The notes beneath the pieces were generated by a model. It did no database searches and was not told the origin of the DNA. It saw only the letters and a program-made list of their open reading frames with translations. This document shows positions 47,093 to 64,000 of a stretch of DNA of 64,000 bases, in pieces; the first letter of the stretch is position 1, and each line of letters opens with the position of its first letter. The DNA is taken from NCBI RefSeq assembly GCF_009914755.1, contig NC_060947.1. One strand, 5' to 3'. Both the position numbers and the translations under genes were made by a program. The DNA is from the human T2T-CHM13v2.0 reference genome, Homo sapiens.

Positions 47093-48037
47093 TGTTTGCC
47101 AAGTATTGGGGAGCCATCTAAGTTTTTAGTATTATTCCTTTAGAAATGGAAAAATGCCCTGTTTTCTGCATGGCTAAATGTTATAATTTCACTCAAAGTT
47201 CACTTTTGTTTAGGAAGTTTGGTGGCTTGTTTACAGTTAAAAAAACAACAACAACAAAAACAGTAGTTTCACTGAAAGTTTTTCCCCCCAATTCCTGGTC
47301 TTTTCTATCACACATGTTTCCTTTATCATTAAAATCAGAATTCTAAATTTCACAACTCTCTCCACCTCTTCTAATTGGGACACATCTCTTTATAAAGCTA
47401 ATATCAGAATCCTCAATTGGCCTCATCCTTTCCAGCATAAATAGCCATATTTTATATATGTATGTACATGATTATACTACTTGCAGTGTCTCTTTAAATT
47501 GTTAATGTCAACTTATTCTCAATCAATTACAATGGATATACATTTGTGTCCTAGGTATATGCTCATGAATCTAAACTCACAAACAGGCCAAAGCTTTGGA
47601 ACATCTGCATAAAGTATCCTGTTTCTTATTTGTATTATTACTAAAGTCATATGTTTTATCTTTACAGCCTAACTGTCCCCTTGGGTGTTTGAAGACCTAG
47701 GTGATATGCCCATTTGTGATATGCTCTCCAGAAACAGAAGGGTTAAGATTACTGTAAGCTTCAGAGATATAGTGGGTTTGTTCTTTGGAATTTGGGGAAA
47801 TAGAAAACTCTTATATTTCATTAAAAGGTACTCAGAAATATTTTCTGCTGGTTGGTTGATGATTCTTAGAGCTTAATGGTATTCCTTCCTGTTCCCTCCT
47901 CCTCCTTCATCAAGTTCTAGAGAAGAATATGTCTCCTTTCTCTAAACTTTCTAGACTCCTGAACTTTTATCTACCAAGCCCTAGCATGCCACATTAATAC
48001 AGAAATCAGTACCTGAGTGGCAATCGTGCATAGCCAT

Positions 48038-48810
48038 TGTCGACAAAAAGAGTCAAACTCTGTAAAATATTTGAAGAGATTTATTCTGAGCCAAATATGA
48101 GTGACCATGGCCCATGACACAGCCCTCAGGAGGTCCTGAGAACATGTGCCCAAGGTGGTTGGGGTACAACTTATTTTATACATTTTAAGAAGGCATGAGA
48201 CATCAATCAAATACATTTAAGAAATACATTGGTTTGGTCCAGAAAGGTGGGACAATTCAAAGCCATGGTGGGGATTCCAGGCTATAGATAAATTTAAACA
48301 TTTTCTGGTTGACAATTGGTTGAGTTTATCTAAGGACCTGGGATTATAGAAAGGAAATGTTCAGGTTAAGATAAAAGATTGTGGAGACCAAGGTTCTTTT
48401 GAAGTCTAATAGTGGCTGCCCTTAGAGACAATAGATGACAAATGTTTCCTATTCAGATCTTTAAAAGGTGCTAGACTTTTAGTTAATCTCTTTAGGATTG
48501 GGAAGGCCTGGAAGAATAAGATCTAGCTATGTTAATAGAGATTCTTTACAGATGCAAATTTTTCCCCACAAAGAACAGCTTTGCAAGGCCATTTCAAGAT
48601 ATGGCAAAGAAGCATGTTTTGGAGTAAAATATTTTAATTTTCTTCCTTGTCTTGTAATGTTATGCCAGAGTCAGATTGGAAAGTAAGTCACGATATATAT
48701 AAGGTTAAATAAAACCCATCCGATGACAATTTATGATTTGTAGGGCATGACTTCCCAGACCCCTTAGATAGGAATTTGGACAAGATGAAAAAATCAGAAT
48801 TTAGTCCTCA
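48038..48810 (-). mobile_element. MER4-family (MER4D/E-like) ERV1 solo LTR
   Basis: tgtcgacaaaaagagtcaaactctg ... tttagtcctca, with 4-bp flanks ccat/tcat. Confidence 0.85.
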
Positions 48811-50092
48811 TCATGTATCTTTCTCAAAAATAATAGATTGATGGGAACAGATATTTGGGGACCAAAGAAGCCAAAGTGGTTCCCATCCCTTTCTCTCTGT
48901 AACTTAACCTCTGTGACTTGGCAAGCCTTCATGTTCTAGGCTATAAAGCGGTAAGGGCAAGAGAGAAAAAATAATAGTTGAGTACCTTTTATAGGACATC
49001 TCTGTTGTAGATAGCTTTTAAATATTAAGGTTAAGAACATTGCTCTCACTCTTCCTCTGACCCCCCCCCACCAACTCTTTTACTTTCCAGTTTCCACCAT
49101 TTTGTGTAGCCCCTCCTAGATTTCTCAGTTAATCATGGAGAATAGAACAAGGAAGCCACTTTCACTCTGCATTTCATGAAAAAGATATTTCTGCAGCCTG
49201 ATTCTCATTTACAAAGTAGCACCTACAACTATACATTTTTTATTCCATTAAGCATTTATTTTCAAAATTTAAACCAGTACTGAGAGGCATTAAACATGTA
49301 AATTATTTCTCTCCATTTAAGAAATGATTTGGCAATGCATCTAAAGAACCATGAAAACATTTATACCACTTGACATAATAATCAAAGTTCTAAGGAAAGA
49401 AAGGGCTAGAATGCAAAGGTGTTCATTATAGATCTATGGAAAAATCAAAAGCAGCCTAACAGTTAAACAATCAAAGATGATACATGCTTTATCTCATTTC
49501 CACAAATACCCTTTATCCCATCTGCAAATTAGACTCACAGGAGCAAACTCACTCTGTCTCATCTATCAGTGTCCAGTACTATATAAAAACACAATTCCTT
49601 TATAAGGCTTTTAACTCCAGATATTTATCAGAGGTCACATCCAAGTCATGAAGGGTCAAGCTCTGCCAATCTCCATGAAGCTCTATACTCTTGAGTGTTA
49701 GCCAGGGAACAGTTGACTAGCCACTGCAGGTTAGAAGTTTTTCTGAGGTATTCAAAGCCCAAATCACTCACAGAAAAAGAATCTGATTTCAGCCTCTCCT
49801 TCCTCTTTCATATATATCCCCACACTAAGAAGTACTAAGTAGAGTGGAGTTTGAGAAACTGAACACTCCTTACTCTAGCCCTTGAGGAGTTTATAACTAT
49901 AAAATTTGTGGCAAACATAAGCTCAGTCTGAGTCCACAATATGACATTCGTAAAATTCTAACTTTGTGATTCTTCTTCAATAAACTCATTTGTCATTTTT
50001 AATATCGTATTTCTCTGGCTTTGGTCAGAACTTTAGCAGAGTGCAGAAGTACAATATAATTTTCTAAATATATTTTAAGATATTGAATAAAA

Positions 50093-50406
<314 letters not shown>

Positions 50407-50699
50407 TCAACCTTGTTATTAAAGTCACATATTACAATCTTATAGCCTGACCATCCCCCTGGGTGTTGCTAAACATGAAGGCTCCTCCCTTCAGGACTTC
50501 ACAAACACAATCTTATTGAAATAACTGAAAGCTTCTGCTTTTGATATGAGCAGCAGAGGATCCTGGAGATTGATGGTTGTAAGAGGTTATGTAAGTTTCA
50601 CACAGCATTGGGTTAGGTGTCAGACTTGGATTTGAAACTATATTTTGTCACTTATTATCTGGATGGTCTTAGGCACATTGACTTTTTTCATTTTTTAAT

Positions 50700-55395
<4,696 letters not shown>

Positions 55396-55832
55396 AGCCA
55401 GTCTGGTAGAATGAATAAAAGCCACTATAAGGTCTGTTTACCCTGAGAAGGGGACTGCCCAACTCTCCCTATAAAATGCCAAGTGGCGCACCCTACATGA
55501 AGCAGCTGATATGCTTCATATGCAAGTCATGTTGGACTGGCTTTACCATGATATTCGCCCACTGAATATGCCCATTACCCAGACCATGGTAAATGCTACG
55601 GTTCAAAGGGACCCTTCTACATGGGTATCCTGGGTGCCATTACTCCTACAGAATCAAACAATGGTTCAAGAAGCCTTATCAAATATGCTGTTGCAGCTTT
55701 TCCTCATGAGTCTTACAGGTGCTAATAAAACATAAGGATAATTAACCAAAAAAAATGAGAAAGGCAAAAGGGGAGTCAAAGGACTCATCTTAGAAGGGTA
55801 GAAATCTTTAGATGGTTATTAAGAAATGAAAT

Positions 55833-55993
55833 AGCCAGGCACAGGGCTCATTCCTATAATCCCAGCACTTTGGGTGACCGAGGCAGGCAGATCACTTGAG
55901 GTCAGGAGTTCAAGACCAGCCTGGCCAACATGGTCAAACCCCATCTTTATGAAAAATACAAAAATTAGCCGAATGTGGTGGCATGTGCCTGTA
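55833..55993 (+). mobile_element. 3'-truncated Alu (left arm plus start of right arm)
   Basis: Breaks off after gtgcctgtaa with no A-tail. Confidence 0.9.
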
Positions 55994-56249
55994 AGAGTAT
56001 GAATTCCCCTGGAGTCTGTGGTTTCCAAGGGCTCTATGCACTCATGCTAGCCCACACTTGGCCTTTAGATGTTTAACTTTTAATCGAATTCCTCATACTT
56101 GCTTATATGGAGGCCTTATCTTCCCATTGACACAGGTGAGCCAGTGTTCATGTTCTGTCTTTTCTTGAAAAAGTCCATCTTTCCTTAGAGTTCAGGCTAG
56201 TTAGTTGCCCTGCACCCTCAGCTCTTCAATAAATTCAAGGTTTGTTTTG

Positions 56250-56541
<292 letters not shown>

Positions 56542-56551
56542 CAAGTTATGA

Positions 56552-56992
<441 letters not shown>

Positions 56993-57284
56993 TAGTTTTT
57001 TTTCTAGTTGTTACAGTGGGAATAATGGTCTTTCACTATCTTCTACATTCTGACCCAAAGCCAAATGTCATAATAACCTTTCTGAAACATAAATTGGATC
57101 ATAACACTCCTTTGCTTTCTATCCTTCAGTGGTTTCTAATCATACATCAAACTTTAAAAATAATAAAATTCAAAATTTTTCTTTTGCTTGTAATATCCTG
57201 CATGATCTTGGGTCTTTTTGCTGTTTTTTTTTTCTATCTTTTCAAACACATCTCATGCCATTCTCCTTATTTTCTATACTCCAG

Positions 57285-57925
<641 letters not shown>

Positions 57926-57999
57926 TCTATCTACCTCAATTGGTTCTTTACTTACATTACATGGAAAGTGCAAACTTGGATGGCTTCAATGTCTGGCTT

Positions 58000-58334
<335 letters not shown>

Positions 58335-58339
58335 GGCTG

Positions 58340-58645
58340 GCTTCTTTTTACCCTTCACATCTGGCTTTAAATACTACCTTTTCACAGATTTCTTCTCTAA
58401 TCACTCTTTCTAAAGTAAATATGCTGTTTTTCATTATTAGTCATTGCATCCTATTTCTTTCCCTTTAATTTTCTTATCACAATGTATAATTATATGTTTT
58501 TTTTTTTTTTTGGTTATTGCCTGTCTCCCTCAATAGATCATAAGTTCCATTTGATAAGGTACAATGTCTGTTGGTTTATTAGCCAGTGCCTAACACTACC
58601 ATTTAATATGTATTCAATGAATATTTGTTAAATGTATTGATTGAA
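58340..58645. mobile_element. L2 3' end remnant
   Basis: gcctgtctccc...cagtgcctaacac...attcaatgaatatttgttaaatg. Confidence 0.6.
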
Positions 58646-59267
58646 TTTAAAGTGACTACTCAGCCTACTTCTGCCCCTTGGAGCTTGGATTGTTTCTTCA
58701 AAGGTATTGATCCTTTTGACTATTTTAATTATGAATTCACTAAAGACATCTGGAAGGCTTATTGTGTCAAGCAGTGCCAAATCCATGGCTTGATGAACCT
58801 AGATCCATCCCCTTCCCCTTTCCATATCACAGATGACAACTTGATGGTTGGCCTATGACTTGTAAAAGTTGTCATATTTGAATTCTGAAATTTCTCTAAT
58901 TTTCTTGGGAAGCAGAAAGGAAAAATTAGTAGTTGGCCTCAAAGGGACAGTTGAATTTCACATATAATGAGCAAAGTAGTGTGAGGAAGAGAGGAGGGCC
59001 TTTTCTTTTGAGGTCATAACTAAAAGTTAGGTGAGCAAATGCCATAAGCATGAAAATAGCAAACCAAGCTTCTTGGTTTCTATCCAAAGGCTTTGTTGGG
59101 AAAAGTATCAAAGTGTGTTCATTTGTTATGTAATATATAAGGTAGAGAACCCAATTTGAAGGAGGTGGAATAACTTTCCAAAATACTTATGGCTAAATTC
59201 TCAGTTGATCTTGGAATAAGATTCAAGAATCCAAATGCACCCTTCTTTGTTATCTTGCTAGAAAACA

Positions 59268-59655
59268 TGCTGGGCATGGTGGCTCATGCCTGTAATCCCA
59301 ACACGTTGAGAGGCCGAGGTGGGCAGATCACGAGATCAGGAGTTGGAGACCAGCCTGATCAACATGGTGAAGCCCCGTCTCTACTAAAAATACAAAAATT
59401 AGCCAGACATAGTGGCACGCACCTATAATCCGTGCTACTCAGGAGGTAGGCAGGAGAATTGCTGGAACCCGGGAGGTGGAGTTTGCAGTGAGCCAAGATC
59501 ACACCACTGCAATCCAGCCTGGGTGACAGAGCGAGACTCTGTCTCAAAAAAAAAAGAAAAGAAAAAAGAAAAGAAAGAAAAAAGGGAAGGGAAGGAAAGG
59601 GGGGAGGGGAGGGAAGGGAAGGGAAGGGAAGGGAAGGGAAGGGAAGGGAAAAGGG
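59268..59655 (+). mobile_element. AluS with tail expanded into (GAAAA)n/(GGGAA)n polypurine repeat
   Basis: Alu dimer to ~59546, then a pure purine tract to ~59658. Confidence 0.93.
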
Positions 59656-60419
59656 AAAACAATGTGCTTTTACCCACAGCTGATAAGCTTTTCTAATTGT
59701 CTACCTTTGGGTTAAACTTTATCATTGAGTGTTTTTATCCCATTATGAAAGAATTAAGGTTTGAAGGACTGAGGTAAGGGTGGATATTTACTCTTAATTG
59801 AGTAGCTTAACCAAGTCAAGCCACAGATTAGCTGAAGCCAAAAAGCACTGGCAGCATTTGAAATAACTGAGAACATATTATACTTAACACTTTATTATCT
59901 AAGAGAGGCACTTGAAGTTGAGACCTAGAAATTTGATTCTGGGTTCTTTGTTTCTAAGGGGCAGGGTGAACCCAGCTATAGCATTCACAGATGCTATAGA
60001 ATTATATATATTCTATATATAATTATATATATTACATTCATATTAATATATGTTAATATATTCTATATTATTCATATAGAATTCACAGATAATCCAAGTG
60101 CTTTTTTAATACATTGATACCAAATCTCTCCTGCTCTCAAAAAAAAAAGCCCAAGGCAAAAATTTTTGATTAGCCTGTATCCGCAAATTCATAGTGCATG
60201 GCATGATGGGTACTCTACATCCCTCCTCCTATTGCACTCACTGTGCCCAGATGAACCTAAAGTCACCAGTAATAGTGCTAATGTAGTAATGGGCCCAAGC
60301 TTCAAAAGAAGGAAAATTAGTATTCAGTATTTAAATGTGGGAAAGAGGAAGAATATGGAAATTATCAATTTTATAATACCTATACATATTCTTACCTGCA
60401 TTAATGTGAATAGACATCA

Positions 60420-61326
<907 letters not shown>

Positions 61327-61361
61327 TTACAACTTCTCTGTAAAAACACCTTCACCTACTT

Positions 61362-61746
61362 TATGAGTTTGCCTCAGCTGCCATAACAAAATATCAGACC
61401 AAGTGGCTTAAATAACAATTTATTTTCTCACAGTTCTGGAGGCTAGAAGTCTAAGATGAAAGTGCCAGCAAGTTTGATTTCTGGTGAAGTCTCTCTTCCT
61501 TGCTTGCCAATGGCCGCTTTCTCACTGTGTCTTCAAATGTCCTTCCTCTGAGTATGTGAGGAGAGAGAGGTTTGATGCCTCTTCACCTTCTTATAAGGAC
61601 ACCAGTCCTACTGGATTAGGGCTCCACCCTTATGACCTCATTTAACCTTAATTACCTCCTTAAAGGTTCTATCTCCAAATACAGTCACATTTGGAGTCAG
61701 ACCTACAACATATGAATTTTGAGAGGACACAATTCAGTCTATAACA
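61362..61746 (-). mobile_element. MLT1 (MaLR) LTR
   Basis: ctcacagttctggaggctagaagtc ... ggacacaattcagtctataaca. Confidence 0.85.
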
Positions 61747-62665
61747 CCTAGATGGAAGGCAATTTCATATAAAGATGATATGCAGTCTATGACAGCAAAG
61801 TAGCTAGTGGAAATCACAACCCCTAATTCTATTTTTATGTCATTCCCTAAGTCCAGGTCCCATGTGGATATAGCATTGTTCAGGGCTATCTCTTTGCTGT
61901 TCTTTTTTTTTTTTTAGACTCACACAAGCAATGTGGAGAAGGAACATGAAAACATCTTTGAGATAGAGCTTAATACAGATGTCAATCTCTTTGTAAATAA
62001 GCAATTAAAAGTGGAACCACTGTCCACCATGTGAGAAGAGTGACTGGCTATGGCTGGATATTTTTAAATACACATAAAATGTGGTATAAATGGTAGAATG
62101 CCAGGGATAGAAGGAGTATCTTATAAGTTACCTAGTCAACGTTCTGGCTTCTGGGCAGAAAACTATCTAAACTCAGCCAGATAATCAGTTTCAACTAAAT
62201 CAGGAAAACATGGAATCATCTTTATCTAGGTAGTGTTATAGTTACATTGCCTCATTTATCTACACATCAATAAATTCTTTCTCATTGCTAATATTTATCA
62301 TTCTTATCATAGTATAAGCAAATGTTTTAATTCTATTATGGTAAAGATAAAGCTTCTGTAATTAAAACACTTTAATCTGGAAAGACAGCAGTAAACCCTT
62401 CAAGCAAAAGCCCAAGTAGGTTCAAAAATAATAGCCAGAGAGGTTAAAGGTAAACCAATAGAGTGATATGTTACAGCAACTAAGGGAGAGAGGCAGGAGT
62501 TTTTTAAAAGAGAGAAGAGGAATTATAACAACAGAAACAGGTTAGCCAGCTGCCAGTTTAGATGAGCATAATGAGTCCCTTAGATAGATCATTGGTGATT
62601 TTTATCAAAACACTATCGGTGGAGTTGTGGGAGTGGTAGGCTGACTATAGTGGATTGGGGAATTA

Positions 62666-63156
<491 letters not shown>

Positions 63157-63899
63157 CTAGATATCACATTGGGCTTAATTGCTGGGTTATTCATTCATTC
63201 AGGCAACATGTATTTGTTGAGAGCCTGAATGTGCCAGGTAATAGAAACACAAAGGTGGTTAAAATAGACCTTGGCCTCTGTCTTCAGGAAGCTTCCAGTC
63301 TGAAGAGGGATGAAGACATATATTAATCAAACAATCCCACAAATGCAGGTATAATCTGCATAAACTGACAAATATATCTACTTTGGAGTCAAGAAATTAA
63401 GAGAAATCACTGATGTGATCAGTGAACAAGTAAGATTTATTAGGAAGATGGAAGGATGACATTACTTCAAATATATTACAGGAAACCCCAACCATGGTAA
63501 CAACATCAGGCCTATCTTTACATATGTTTAATAATGCTTAACTTCACTTTTGCTCCTATCCTCCCCAAAGCAATCTTCAAGTTCTTCTGTATCTTTGTTT
63601 TATTTTCTTTGTTCTTTTTTGTCTCATTTCCTATACTGTTTTTATTCCATACTTTGACAGTTCAGTGAACTCCTTTGATAGATCCCAAGTCCTCCTTTTT
63701 CAATATTTACACTTATAATCATTTTTGATCACTCCAAAACTGAGAACTTTGAGTGTAGATTTTCTAGGCTTCTTATTTTATTTTTAGACATTATATAGAA
63801 AAATTAGAGGGAAGGGAAAAGAAGGATGGCAACATGGTAACTGGGACAGTGTTCAAAAGGTCTAAGTCCTACTTCTCACTCCATACAAATTATCTGCAA

Positions 63900-64000
63900 T
63901 TTTTTTATTTTTGAGACAGGCTCTTATCTCTCACCTGGGCTAGAGTGCAGTGGCACAATCATAGCTCACTATAACCTTGAACTCCAGGGCTCAAGGGATC
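63900..64000 (-). mobile_element. AluJ-like, cut by window edge
   Basis: T-tail plus gagacagg...ctcaagggatc. Confidence 0.85.

Noticed and set aside
47668-47700. Possible further TSX exon (tttacag|33 nt|gtgata)
   Set aside because: Good acceptor but weak donor, and no recognisable similarity to Tsx or FIP1.

Overview
Primate (very likely human) DNA, roughly 80-90% interspersed repeats by eye (L1, Alu, LTR, DNA transposons), with no intact protein-coding gene. Almost all tracked ORFs are L1/Alu debris. There are three non-trivial elements. (1) Splice-site-bounded fossil exons at 3484-3525, 4693-4777 and 45995-46095 whose translations match the rodent Tsx protein (FIP1-family derived); this is a decayed TSX gene with an in-frame TAA. 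(2) A ~41 kb intron between two of those exons, ~37 kb of which is one ancient full-length antisense L1M element split by nested insertions. (3) A full-length SEPHS1 processed pseudogene with a 15-bp TSD, inserted in sense between the promoter/5'UTR and ORF1 of a full-length L1PA. Together these suggest the X-inactivation centre between CHIC1 and XIST, with the right end of the window probably at the 5' region of TSIX. Locus identity, reference protein sequences and repeat subfamily names are recalled from memory, not searched. Repeat boundaries are approximate unless a TSD is cited.
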